From positions 78,120,001-78,184,000 of the forward strand of contig NC_043005.1 in assembly GCF_006345805.1 (NCBI RefSeq): DNA of 64,000 nucleotides, read 5' to 3'. The first letter of the stretch is position 1. Every line of letters begins with the position of its first letter. This DNA is from Octopus sinensis. Lineage: Eukaryota. Shown here one piece after another: positions 27,436 through 40,897 of this stretch. The notes beneath the pieces are model-generated. The model was not told the DNA's origin. It saw only the letters and a program-made list of their open reading frames with translations, and made no database searches. The translations under genes and the position numbers were made by a program.

Positions 27436-27583
27436 ACACACACACACACACACATACGCGCGCGCACACACATGTATATATATATCGGTTAGGATATATA
27501 TATATATATAGGAATTCGGATATGCTTCTATATTATAAGACTTCCTGAACGTATGTATACATATGTGTGTGTGTGTGTGTTTG

Positions 27584-27620
<37 letters not shown>

Positions 27621-27929
27621 GAGAGAGAGAGAGGGGTGGGATAGAAAACAGACAGACAGACACACAGACAGGCAGAGACTTATAACTTAGAATGCCTGAG
27701 AGTATAATGAACTTGAGTATACGAAAATCAGAAATTTATTCGTTTGAAACATTGAAATGGAAATATTTCCCAGGGCTGCCTTCTGCATGAATGATATATA
27801 CTACTATGGTAAATAATAGTTCAGTAATGGAAGGCATAACTGGGATATAGGATACTAATAGGTGAAGTCGATTCAGTGCTAAGTGAGATGATGATGATGA
27901 TCATCATCATGACTATACTACTACTACTA

Positions 27930-27970
<41 letters not shown>

Positions 27971-28334
27971 ATAATAATAATAATAATAATAATAATGATA
28001 ACAATAATAATAATGAGTGTCAGGTGTTAAATAATATTATGACAACAAATATGTTTCTGTATAGTTATTTAGCGAATCATTTTCTAGCTCTTTAGAAAAC
28101 TATGTCGAAGCCATACTTGAGTTAACGAATTCAAATGAAGCTCAAAAATGTCTATCGTAATGACAGAAAAAAATAATAAAATTAACTTGTAAATGAATGC
28201 TAAAAGTCCGCGACTAATGCTGTTTAGATTTTACTATAATATATATTTTATTCTTCTTCAGGTTTTTATTAAAGTATCGTGCATTAACTATGCTTTTTCT
28301 CCAATTCCTTACAAAGGATGGAGTTTTACTTCAG

Positions 28335-28682
28335 GAAAAGGAGAAGAACCCCTTCGGTTATGAATGACCATGGGATTGCACCTAGAAAGGTACCCTCCGA
28401 GGCACAAATCAGGGCAAGATTGTTTATGGAAGACCAGCAGTCGCCCATGCATACCAGCCTCCTCTCTCCCCACCACTGATGTTATCTAAGGGAAAGGCAA
28501 AGGGGCCGATACAGCTTGGCACCAGTGATGCCGTAACTCATTTCTACAGTTGAGCTAACTGGAGCATCGTGAAATAAAGTGTGTTGCTCAAGTATACAAC
28601 ACCCAGCCCGGTCTGGGAATCGAACTCACAACCTCACGATCATAAGATATACACTCTAACCACTGAGCTATTCACCTTCACA
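28335..28682 (-). mobile_element. tRNA-derived SINE (family C-related head)
   Basis: Plus strand ends ...GGGAATCGAACTCACAACCTCACGATC...CTAACCACTGAGCTA, a reverse tRNA-like head. Confidence 0.65.
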
Positions 28683-29397
28683 GTACAAGACTAAATCATT
28701 AATTTAGATAAGATTTTAGGCAACAGAATGACAGGAGCAGTAAAAGTTTGGACCAAGGGAAGAAAGCGCAGTACATGTAATTTTCGTTTCAAATTCATTT
28801 ATAAATACATTGATTTTTACATTTCAATAATAATAAAGCATCGGGAAAATAATTAATTGGGAGATGGAAATTTCAGGAAACACCGCCAGTGAAAAGTCTT
28901 TCGCCATGTAATTGTTTCTTATTATTCAGTTACGATGGAAAAGAGTTGTGTGTGTGTGTGTGTGTGTGTGTTCATGTGTACAAACATGGTCAGTGATTAA
29001 AAAAGTTCGTGGCGCAACCATGAGATCCGGAGTTCGGTTTCAATACATGGTCTCTTGGGCAAATACCTTTTATTATTATTATTATTATTATTATTTCATT
29101 TCGACAAAAACACTTTGAGTGAAGTAGGGTAAACGGAATTAGTAGAAAAATTTGTCAGATGAACAGTATCTGATATTGAGACATCAATCCGTCTCCTTGT
29201 CATACATAGCGTTGATTATACTTTGGGAATTATGCTAAGATTGCGCGTCTCAAAAACAAAAAAAAAGCTAGCTGCTTGGCACACTAATTTAATGAGAATT
29301 TAGTTAATTGAAAAAATAATGATGCGCATTCATAGATTTCTGATCACACACAGTCACACACAGACACACACAGACACACACACACACACACACACTC

Positions 29398-29428
<31 letters not shown>

Positions 29429-29505
29429 TAAATTGATATAGAACAGTGACAATGAGTTAATTCAGTTCAATATTTAAAAGATGAGGAATTAGTTACATAT
29501 ATATA

Positions 29506-29591
<86 letters not shown>

Positions 29592-30191
29592 AGATTCAGA
29601 TTTTGTGTTTTTGAAGCAACTCAATAATATAAACGTTGTCACTATCACATACATAATCCATTTGTGTTGTTAAATGCTACCAAGTTGTGGTATTTCATTC
29701 AATGAAATACCGCAACTTCATCTTTAAAGGTTAAAGACGTAAGGTGTTAAAAAACAACAACACAGCATACTTCAAAGTTATGCTGAGCGAAAATTGTCCT
29801 TGGTGTGAACGAGATAACAAATGCTGATATTCCGTGGTTATTTTTGCTCATCGATAACATTCTCCACTTCTCAAACGAAACGAAACAGTCAACCAGAAGT
29901 ATATATATATATATATAATGAATGCGTCCTTTTAAAGCCTAGCCAGGCTCATGGGGCCGATTTCCCGGTGTCTATGGCGTATGTGTTCCCCAACTGGACG
30001 GGAAGCCAGTCCATCGCAGCGATACTCATTTTTGCCAGCTGAGTGGACTGGAGCAATGTGAAATGAAGTGTTTTGCTCAAGAACACAACGCGTCGCCCAG
30101 TCCAGGAAACGAAACCACAATCTTGCGATCATGATGCTGACGTCTTAACGACTAAGCCACGCGCCTCCACACACACACACACACACACACC

Positions 30192-30247
<56 letters not shown>

Positions 30248-30577
30248 CAAATAATGTAAAATCTGGTTGAATGTTGCGATTCATTTCAGAGGTGAAGTAT
30301 GTGACTCTGATGAAATAAAATAAAGATATTTACTTCTCACACTCACCTCCTGGATTACAACGAATTAGTGACCGGTCTGTAAGAAAGCTATGGTCAGCGA
30401 CACTACTGTCCACCACATTCAAATATGCGTAGACAAATATAACCGGTTACTTCCAACCCTACACAAATTTCTGTCTCTATAGCATATAGATATTCTTACA
30501 ATTTGATATATAATCCATACAACATAAACACTATAAAATGCAGTAATTATGGATAGAAATTATAATTGCTTTCTCTT

Positions 30578-30851
30578 TATATTCCCATAAATCTCAGGTA
30601 AAATCCGGTTAGTTGAGAAATATACAGTAATTGCAATAATGCTGTGAATTCAATATGGAGTATAGACTGTAAAATAACAGAAAAGTATAAAAGAAGAAAA
30701 GGAAGAGAATATTCCCAATTATATAGTTTTGAGATCGGTCCCAATGTGTGGCACCTATCTTGGAGAAATGCCTTCTACGACTGTCTCGCACTAACCAGCG
30801 TCTTGTGAGAGAATTTGGGAAACGGAAACTGAAAGAAACTCGCCGTATATG

Positions 30852-30891
<40 letters not shown>

Positions 30892-31186
30892 CATACATAT
30901 GGTGTATATATACATACCATACATATACGGCGAGTTTCTTTCAGTTTCCGTTTCCTAAATTCTCTCACAAGACGCTGGTTAGTGCGAGACAGTCGTAGAA
31001 GGCATTTCTCCAAGATAGGTGCCACACATTGGGACCGATCTCAAAACCATATAATTGGGAATATTCTCTTCCTTTTCTTCTTTTATACTTTTCTGTTATT
31101 TTACAGTCTATACTCCATTTTGAATTCACTGCATTATTGCAATTACTGTATATTTCTCAACTAACCGGATTTACCTGAGATTATGG

Positions 31187-31193
<7 letters not shown>
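30578..31193. repeat. Inverted duplication: arms 30578-30855 and 30918-31193, 62-bp microsatellite spacer
   Basis: I count ~4 substitutions and 1 indel in ~277 bp; the ORF pair 30609-31025(-)/30748-31164(+) mirrors it. Confidence 0.92.
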
Positions 31194-31256
<63 letters not shown>

Positions 31257-31929
31257 TATATACATACATATATATATATATGTGCATGTTTGTGTGTGTG
31301 CGCATGTGTGTGTATAGAAAAGACAGACAGAAACAGAGACAGACAGACATACTTGCAAGCATTATGTATGTATGTATGTATGTATGTATGTATTACGTAA
31401 GTACGTGTGTTTGCATTATCTTCGAGGTGGTGGGGGCGCGTAGTTTTATGGTTAGTGCGTTGTACTCAAGGTAACAAGACTGAGCTTTCGGTTCTTGCAT
31501 AAGATGTTGTTGGTCTTAAGACTTCCTCTCACTATGCTCCTGTCCATTCAGGGGCAAAAATGAGTAATCCTGACGTCCCGTCCAAGTGAGGGATATGTAT
31601 GTCACAGAATCTAGGAAACCAGTCTTGAGAGCCAATGGGTTGAGGAAGACCTGTTACCCTTTTTAATTTTGTCGGATAAAATTGTCCTTAAATAATTTCC
31701 CACAGAGAGAGGCCTTTACATGTTTAAGAGTACACGAACGTGTCCAATATAACTGTAGATGCATTTGTTTTATATTCAACTCTGCTGCGTGCGACTCTTA
31801 TTAATTGTATATTGACGAACCTTGCATGCTAGCAAATTTACTGTTTACCGTTCTCATATATCAGAAGGCTGGTAACGACTAACAATTGCATGGCCGCAAT
31901 CAAATGATTGAAACAAGAGATAATATCTA

Positions 31930-32077
31930 TAGGCATGGCTGTGGGGTAAGAAACTTGCTTCCCAACCACATGGTTCTAGGTTCAGTCCCACTACGTGGCA
32001 CCTTGGGCAAGTGTCTTCTACTATAGCATCGGACCGACCAAAGCCTTGTGGCTGGATTAGGCTGACGGAAACTGAAA

Positions 32078-32117
<40 letters not shown>

Positions 32118-32372
32118 GTGTGTGTGTGTATATGTGTGTTCGTGTGTATTTATGTCTTTGTGCCTGGGTTTTTCCCCCCATCACTTGACAACGGGTGTTG
32201 GTGTGTTTACGTCCCCGTAACTTAGCTGTTCGGCAAGTAAGACCGAAAAACAAGTACTCGGCTTACAAAGAATAAACCCTGGAGTCGATTTCTTCGAGTA
32301 AAAACCCTTCAAGGCGGTGCTCCAGCATGGCTGCAGTCAAATGACTGAAACAGGTAAAAGAATACAAAAATA
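31930..32372 (+). mobile_element. SINE family B, full length, with internal (CA)n(TA)n
   Basis: GGCATGGCTGTGGGGTAAG head to ...GACTGAAACAGGTAAAAGA tail. Confidence 0.85.
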
Positions 32373-33385
32373 AAAGAGCTATTTAAATAATTAATAAAAA
32401 AAACAGAAAGTCAAAACTTTTGGTAAGAGGTTTTCTTATAGTGAGTATTTTGTGTTCCCGTTTTATGCTGTTCAACTTCTCAAACACACGTGTTCCAGAC
32501 TAATCCGCATAGAAGTTCTCTTTATTCGTAATGGCAATAGTGTTTTTACAAGAAACAACTCTCCTTTACACGGATTAGCCCAGAACACATTTGTTTGAAC
32601 TGTTGAAGATCGAAAGCGCTAACATAAAATATACACTACGAAAATCTCTTTCCGCAAGGACTGTGACATTCTGTTTTTTAAATAATTTTCTTTTTAAATA
32701 GTTAATGACGTTGGCTGAAACAAGAAAAAAATATTAAATACTTGAACGGCAGCCTTGCTTTTACTCACGAAGATTGCACAGTACAGATAATGTAAAATAA
32801 GAACATCGTACTGAGAAAATAAATTTCGATCAGTGGTTATACGAATGTCAAATTACTTTTATGTATTCGAATTATTTTCTTATCGAATATAAAGAAACAG
32901 AATAAGATTCTACAAGTTATTAGTTAACCATACAGTTTTGCTTCTTGATACCACTCCGCTTTTTAATATCACTATTGGTTATCATAAATAACATTGTGTG
33001 GTAAGATTTATATAATCCTTAGCCAATTTGTACTTCAAAGGCGTTTTTGAATTAAGGCAAAATCAGACTTTAGTCTTCTTTGTTAGTCTTCTTTTTCAGC
33101 CGCTCCAAAATCTACAAAAAATTGTTTTGTTAATTCTTATCGATCGGAAAGTTTCTATAACAGAATTAGCATTAAGATGGCGGATATATGACGTTATTGT
33201 TCAAGCATTAGTTACAATAATATGTTATGTGAAGTTTATTGCGTTATGTAAACCTAAACTAAGTTAGATTCTTACACAAAACTTATAATCTGAATATACA
33301 TAGTGCTGAAGAATAATAAGAATGATAACGTTACTTCGAAAAAAAAAAAAACTTGCGTTGTTCAATTTATATTTCCTCTCGTTGT

Positions 33386-33832
33386 AAGGCAGCGAGCTGG
33401 CAGAATCGTTTTCGCGTCGTGCAAAATGCTTAGTAGCAGTTCGTTAATCGTTACGTTCTGAGTTCAAATTCCGACGAGGTCGACTTTGCCTTTCAGACTT
33501 ACGGAGTCGATAAACTAAGTACCAATTGAACACTGGGTCGATGTAATCGACTTAAAGCCCACCACAAAACTGCTGACCTTGTGATAATATTTGAATCCAA
33601 TAGTATATTGTAAAACGGCAAGCTGGCAGAATCGTAAGCACACCGGGCAAAATGCTTAGCAGCATTTCGTCCGTCTCTCGCGGTCTGAGTTTAAATTCCG
33701 CCGATGTCGACTTTGCCTTTCATTCTCTGAAGATCGATATAATAAGTACCAGTTAAATACTAGGGTCGATGTAATCGACATGTCCCCTCCCCCGAAATTT
33801 TCTGCCTTTGTGCTATAATTTGAAACCAATAT
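33386..33832 (+). mobile_element. Two tandem SINE family A copies
   Basis: Heads at ~33386 and ~33615, each with the central domain. Confidence 0.8.
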
Positions 33833-34410
33833 TTTCTCTCGCTTACATCCGATTTAACAGCTTCAAGGAAAAACGAAATATCAACATTAAGTGTATTTAT
33901 GAGTGTTTATATGTGTGTATAAACATCTTTTATGTAGCTTAAACAAAACTAATAGAAAGCCATAGCAGTTTATTTCCGTTTAATTCAACTATTTTTATAT
34001 ATGTGGTTTCAGTGTAAATGTTTCGTTAGAATGCTCGAGGTATGGTTCATTATTTCTGTACGAGACTTTTCGATTGGAGCAAGACACTTTTATTAATAAT
34101 CGAATCTATAATTTGAGAATAGCATTCTGAAAGCCTAAAACGATTTATTTTTGATTGGGAACAATAACAATAGCTGTCCCATTAATCTAATCAGCCAAGT
34201 TAGGAAGATAATATAAATAATGGAGTAATAATGCATTTGCTACAAAGAAGCTATTTCCAATAAATGGACTTCGTGGATTTATTTATATACGCATGGACAT
34301 TAAAATTTGACGTCACTGGAATGTATATTGATGTGATGGTCTCTCTCTCTCTCTCTCTCTTTCTTTATATACACATATATATGTATATATGTATATATAC
34401 GTATATATAC

Positions 34411-34455
<45 letters not shown>

Positions 34456-34497
34456 ATATATATTATATATATATATAATATATATATAATATAATAT

Positions 34498-34531
<34 letters not shown>

Positions 34532-34642
34532 ATATATATATTATATATATATATGTATATATATATACATACATACATGTCGGTATATATATATACATAT
34601 ATATATATATTTATATGTATGCATGTATGTGTGCATATATAT

Positions 34643-34681
<39 letters not shown>

Positions 34682-34685
<4 letters not shown>

Positions 34686-35085
34686 GAGTGGCTGTGTGAT
34701 AAGTAGCTTGCTTACCAACCACATGGTTGCGGTTCATTCCCACTGCTTGGCACATTGAGCAAGTGTCTTCTACTATAGCCTCGGGCCGACCAAAGCCTTG
34801 TGAGTGGATTTTGTAGACGGAAACTGAAAGAAGCACGTCGTATATATGTATATATATATATATGTATGTGTGTGTATATGTTTGTGTGTCTGTGTTTGTA
34901 CCCCCGACATCGCTTGACAACCGATGCTGGTGTGTTGACGTTCCCGTAACTTAGCGGTTCGGTAAAAAAGACCGATAGAATAAGTACTAGGTTTACAAAG
35001 AATAAATCCTGGGGTCTATTTGCTCGACTAAACCGGTGCTCCAGCATGGCCGAAGTCAAATGACTGAAACAAATAAAAGAGTATA
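34682..35085 (+). mobile_element. SINE family B, full length
   Basis: CAGGAGTGGCTGTGTGATAAG head; internal (TA)n; GACTGAAACAAATAAAAGAG tail. Confidence 0.88.
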
Positions 35086-35086
35086 A

Positions 35087-35125
<39 letters not shown>

Positions 35126-36218
35126 TATAGATAGATAGATAGATATATTTCTTTATTGCCCACAAGGGGTTAAACATAGAGGGGACAAACAAGGACAGAC
35201 AAAGGGATTGAGTCAATTACATCGACCCCAATGGCGTGAGACCTGATTGGAAGAAGAAGAAGAAGAAGAAGAAGAAGAAGAAGAAGAAGGAAGAAGAAGA
35301 AGAAGAAGAGAAGAAGAAGAAGAAGAAAAAGAAGAAGAAGAAGAAGAAGATAGCAACGAGACAACAACGATTGAAATTAGAAACCGTATTGGAGGGTCAT
35401 GTTGCCAGACATTTGTTTTTGCATTACTCTGTTCACCGCATAGATTTTTACAGGTTATTTGTACAGGTTACACTGCATAGATATGTACAGGTTATTTGTA
35501 CTGAAGGATTTTCATTCGATTTTGCTTTGCTTTTTAACTATTTCTCTGTTCAATCCCAGTTTTAAAGCTTATTAAATCTTACACGAAATATTTTCTATAG
35601 ATATATTTTCATATTGCGAGATGAAGAAAAGCAAAAATAACAAAACAAGGCTAAAGAAAATTTTCTATGTATTATTGAGCTGATTCTTAAGTAGATTTTA
35701 TTTTGCAAGCGGTTGTATTTTTTTTAGCTTTTTTTCTTTTAATTTTTAATCAAAATATCTTACTGTGCTGAAACGAATTTCGATATATTTCACCCAAATC
35801 TTAATAAATGAAATTGAATGCAGGTATGTTCTACATTGTAAGCCTCTGTGTTGCACTTGAGTAAATGGAATTTTGAATCGGGGCACATATTCTTCAGAAG
35901 GGTCAGAATTTATGTGACTTTTACAAATATTGTCTGCAGGCATTGCAAAACTAACAGTGCAACTGACACTAAGATAATTTAATAATTAGAAATATGCTTC
36001 ATGCATAGTAATTACGCAATTTAATACAATATTTTGCAAAATTAAACGCATTTTACCAAACAAACAAGAGTGGAATTTTATCTTTGGCTCTATAATAATT
36101 TTTGTTTAATTTCTACAATATTTTTATGGGGAATCAGTTGAAGAATTTGAAGTGCTTAGAATCCGTATATTTTAGTGAGTAGATGATTCTGGTTCAACTG
36201 AACATTGTTAACATACTT

Positions 36219-36554
36219 TTAACCCTTTGTCTGTCCAAAGCATTTTCATAAGATTGCCCAAAACGCCTAACTTTTACTCAGCCCTTGTTTCATATGTTCG
36301 AAACATTATAAAACTTTCTTTTCATAAGTTCCAGGATTGAGAAAAACGTTGTTTGTTTTCTTAGTTAGCCTTCGTTTCATACGTTCTGAATAATATAAAG
36401 CTTTTCTTTCATAAGTGCTATTTTACGCCGGTGGTTGAATAATTTGGGAATGATGCATGGAGGCCAAGATACACAGGACAGGCAGGGGATTAAAGCAATT
36501 TCTTTAAAATTTAGTAAATTCATGCATTTATTTGCATATATTTTTAAGGGTTAA
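36219..36554. mobile_element. Possible piggyBac-type non-autonomous element
   Basis: TTAA|CCCTT at 36219 and AAGGG|TTAA ending at 36554; only 5 bp of TIR match. Confidence 0.3.
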
Positions 36555-37277
36555 TAAAGGTGATGTGCTGGTTTAATTTCTGGCGAGTAGGGAGGAAATG
36601 CTTTGCTGTATTTCTTCACAATCCGTTACACTCTAACTTTAAATTCTGCAGAGGTCAACTTTGTCTTTGATCCTTTCGAGGCCGATAAAACAAAATAAAA
36701 GTCGAATACAGAGTCGATGTAATCATATATTCTTGTACCCTAAAACTGCTTGTCTCATGCCAAAATTTGAAACAATCTGAAACAATTTTAAGCGTTAATT
36801 AATCTACGACAATCAGAGTCCAAAGGAAACGGTTTATAACAGAGCAACTATACAATGTCAAGGAATCTTGCTGGCTGAGCGAAACTACGGGATGAAAGTC
36901 AGACAACGACTGAAGTTCTTTCCTGGACGCTCGAATTGCTATAGAAGAAGGGTACACCCTGCGTAACAACGTAGTTTTGAGCATACACAAATCAGAAACA
37001 TCTTGCAAAACAGATCTCCTGCTTAAAGGTTTATGCGCATAAGACACTTAGCTTAAAACATTCGAGTCTACTCAGCTGTATGCGCCAGACTGGCGTCACT
37101 CTCAAAGGGGTGATGTTTGAGACCTCAGTAACTCATGTGCCATGGAAACCGGGTAACCGGATCTGCGGGTTCTACAGGTCGAAAACGGTAATGTCCAGGG
37201 TGATTATTTTACTTTTATTCTATAGTTGACATGTCCTTTAGTGTGTCAGTGTACAAATACTATAACCATAATATTTC

Positions 37278-37512
37278 GTTGTGTCTGGGGAGAGTCATTT
37301 TCTTTTTGTGCCTAATAATGTAACACACTCACCGGTAAAATTTCCACTTATTTCTTATTTTTATTTTCCTAAAATTTTCGTTGCGTCTTGCAACCTTTAC
37401 AATAGTCTTGACTATTTTAGGAAAATAAAAATTAGAAACAAGTGGAAATTTTACCGGTGAGTGTGTTACATTATAAGGCACAAAAAAGAAAATGACTCTC
37501 CCCAGACACAAC
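37278..37512. repeat. Inverted repeat, ~98-bp arms, 38-bp spacer
   Basis: GTTGTGTCTGGGGAGAGTCATTTTC... mirrored by ...GAAAATGACTCTCCCCAGACACAAC. Confidence 0.9.
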
Positions 37513-37659
37513 AGAACATGCTTCAACACACGAACTCACAAAAATAATCTTGCAAACCAAATCTAAAAACGAAACATAATATTTCTTTATACGTACATTT
37601 TAATTAGTATGGAGCACCGATAGATGTCCACTAGATATAAGGGTCCGTGTATTTCACAG

Positions 37660-37709
37660 GATCTTGAGCATGTACAACTAGATGTTCTGCCTCATTTCAT
37701 CTCCCAGTG
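37660..37709 (+). CDS. Candidate internal exon (DLEHVQLDVLPHFISQ-W), phase 0 to 2
   Basis: TTCACAG| acceptor, TG|GTAAGA donor; only one frame is open. Confidence 0.5.
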
Positions 37710-37806
37710 GTAAGATTTGTCATGCAAGAGGATATCGCCAGTAAATCAACACTGCAGATTTCCTCGCAGACTCTAATGATGTCGCTGCATTAATTTAGCT
37801 TGACAG

Positions 37807-37862
37807 GCACGAACGTCACATTATCATGTTCCCCATTAAAGAGTATAATACTATACAGCCTG
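37807..37862 (+). CDS. Candidate internal exon (W-HERHIIMFPIKEYNTIQP), phase 2 to 1
   Basis: 97-nt GT-AG intron with CTAAT branch-like site; phase matches the previous exon; CTG|GTGAGC donor. Confidence 0.5.
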
Positions 37863-38509
37863 GTGAGCGAAATCATTATTTTATCTCATTTCTTAACGCT
37901 TACATTGACGCTACCTTTAGGAATTATTAAATAAATGATGTTCTCTAAAATACCACATCGGTTGCTTGCTTCTCTGGGATTAATCAAAAGATGTAGACAT
38001 ATCTGATAAGTATCCAATAAGGTTGGAAAATCGATTAAGGCTGTTCATCATTTTTTCAATATACTTTTAATTAAATTTGGCCTGGTTATATATCTACTCC
38101 AGAGGTTATCTATATAATATACAACTATATTTAATGTACACATCAGTTTGACGGCTAAAATTGTCTTTAAAATTTATTGTTCTTATCCGGGTTGTACAAA
38201 TAGCTGTACTCCAATATATTAATCTTGTAATATTTCATTTCATACATTTCATCTTATATCTAATAACATTTATATACTATAAAAATAATCTAAAATTAAA
38301 TGAAGCTTTATTAGATTATTAGATTATATTTTAAATAAAAGTGGCTACAATTTAAAGAAAATCTTTGCAGTGTAATAACTTGTATTATACGCACCTATAA
38401 ATTTCACTATGATTTTGGTGAAAAAATAAGTGCAAATATTACATATGAGGTTCCAAGGTGTTGCGAAATCGATTCAATCAACAAATTTCCATCCCTAAAA
38501 TAATTGCAG

Positions 38510-38573
38510 AAACAGAGAGATCCGAAGTTCCCAGAATGCACGTGCAAGCCTTCAAGCAAAATATTGAAGCTTG
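38510..38573 (+). CDS. Candidate exon (E-TERSEVPRMHVQAFKQNIEA), phase 1 to 2
   Basis: TTGCAG| acceptor, phase-compatible and open; donor GTAGAG is weak. Confidence 0.3.
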
Positions 38574-38907
38574 GTAGAGTGTTTCTAACCAATTATAATA
38601 TAGAGTTTCACTCGCGCCGAAATTGACCTGATCGATTACGAGTAATACTCGTGCTAGCTTTTCACCACAGTAATCACCGCTGTATCAATATATAAAACAA
38701 TACCCAAGACTATATTATATATAAAAATGAATTTAGCCAAAAATAATGAGGAAGCTCCTTTGGGGGATCGGTGGCCTTAATATAAATGGCGTCAAAATCT
38801 CACAAATTACACCATGCTGTCTTAAAAGAGTTATGATACCGTTCTTTGGTATTACCTATAAAAACATTGCCTCTGGGAATTCTATACAAGGCCACACTGG
38901 GTATATA

Positions 38908-39137
38908 TATTTTTTCTCTTTTACTCTTGTTTCAGTCATTTGACTGTGGCCACGTTGGAGCACCGCCTTTAGTCGAGCAAATCGACCCCAGGACTTATTC
39001 TTTGTAAGCCTAGTACTTATTCTATCGGTCTCTTTTGCTGAACCTCTAAGTTACGGAAACGTAAACACACCTGCATCGTTTGTCAATCGATGTTGGGGGG
39101 ACAGACACAGACACACAAACATATACACATATATATA

Positions 39138-39192
<55 letters not shown>

Positions 39193-39355
39193 TACGACGG
39201 GCTTCTTTCAGTTTCCGTCTACCAAATCCACTCACAAGGCTTTGGTCGGCCCGAGGCAATAGTAGAAGACACTTGCCCAAGGTGCCATGCAGTGGGACTG
39301 AACCCGGTACCATGTGGTTGGTAAGCAAGCTACTTACCACACAGCCACTCCTACG
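38908..39355 (-). mobile_element. SINE family B, full length
   Basis: Reverse complement of 34682-35085. Confidence 0.88.
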
Positions 39356-40161
39356 CCAATGGTTTATATTTTACAGCTTTTATCATAAGACAGAATTTTT
39401 CTTCATAGTAACTACAATGAATTTCATTTTAGAAGCTTTAATACGTCACAGACATATTTTTAACTCACCTGAAGTTCGCTTATGCCAAGACTTTGCTTAG
39501 CGCTGATACTGTTGAATTTCAAAAGCGCAACACAGTCACTGCTGTTGATTGTGTTTTAGTTAAAGCTACGGTTTTTAATCTGCTCAGAGTTACCTCGCTT
39601 CTGTATTTCCCATTGATATATGACTAAGAAGCTAGAAACATTGCGTCTGAGTATCTGATAGAAGGCGACATTGAGCAGATGTGGCATTTTTACCCCTTCT
39701 ACCATAAGAGAAAAATATTCCTCCAAAGATGAATTCACGGTAACTGCAGTGAATTTGCCCTTAAGAGATAAAATATATCAAAAACATGTTTTGACTAAAG
39801 TTCGCTTATAGCTATACATATGCAAAAAGGAATGGTGTCGACAGAAGGCCCTCCGATCATTGATAGGTTTGGCCAAGAGAAAGGACTTACTCGACTTGCT
39901 AAAACTGACAACCAATTACTCCAATATTTCCTGGTCTTTAAAAGGCATTGAAAACGATATGTGAAGAAGTTATTTCTAATTTTAGCACGTCTTTTATGTT
40001 TTAGAGAACTATATATATATCGGCGCAGGCGTGGCTGTGTGGTAAGAAGATTGCTTCATAACCACATGGTTCCTGGTTCCACATCGTAACACCTTGGGCA
40101 AGTGACTTGTAGTATTGCCTTTTGAGTGGATTTGTTAGACGGAAACTGAAACAAGCCCGTC

Positions 40162-40218
<57 letters not shown>

Positions 40219-40897
40219 TATACATACACACACACACACATATATATGCATATATTTACACACACACAAATATATATGAATATGTACATGCGAAGAAATA
40301 TGGTACAGCTAAAACAGCATATGAAACATATGGAAACAAAGACCACTTTGTTTTCGCAAGAATCCAAACGCTTAAATAGCACAAGGAATAAAAGTGGCGC
40401 CATAAAACAAATGCAAAACATTGTCTCTCGTAAATATTAACGAAGACAGAATTAGGTCGAATGCATTTCAGCTCAATACAAATAATACAAATAAAGCAAT
40501 GTATATGTGTTGTGTGTGTGTATACCTGTATACATATATATATATATATATGAAATAGGATTGTGCTAAAAGTACAGGTAAAAATCAATTTGTTGAATGT
40601 AAAGCTATGTATACTGACTATGGGGAAGGTGAGAGAAACTGTTTGATGTTCTTAGCTTTATGTGGAGTCAGTTGGGGATTCGACTAAAAGTTCAAACAGT
40701 CGCAAGAGGGACCACTGTTTTACTCTTATGTGTTTATATGAAAGAACGGAATAAATAGTATACTGTATTTACTTCGCTTCGGATCGGCTTTTATTAATGA
40801 CGCTCTAATCATAACCGTTGCCTTTCGTTTCACACAAAGTATGTATTTGCTTATATATATATATAGTAATAATAATAAAAAGATAATCCATGAATGG

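Noticed and set aside
33172-33185. AAGATGGCGG (YY1-like / start-codon-like context)
   Set aside because: Isolated 10-mer followed quickly by a stop; no promoter evidence
34013-34039. 27-nt candidate micro-exon CKCFVRMLE (also 14-nt 52511-52524 and 51-nt 61421-61471)
   Set aside because: Phase-compatible with the other candidates, but such short matches arise by chance; needs RNA-seq
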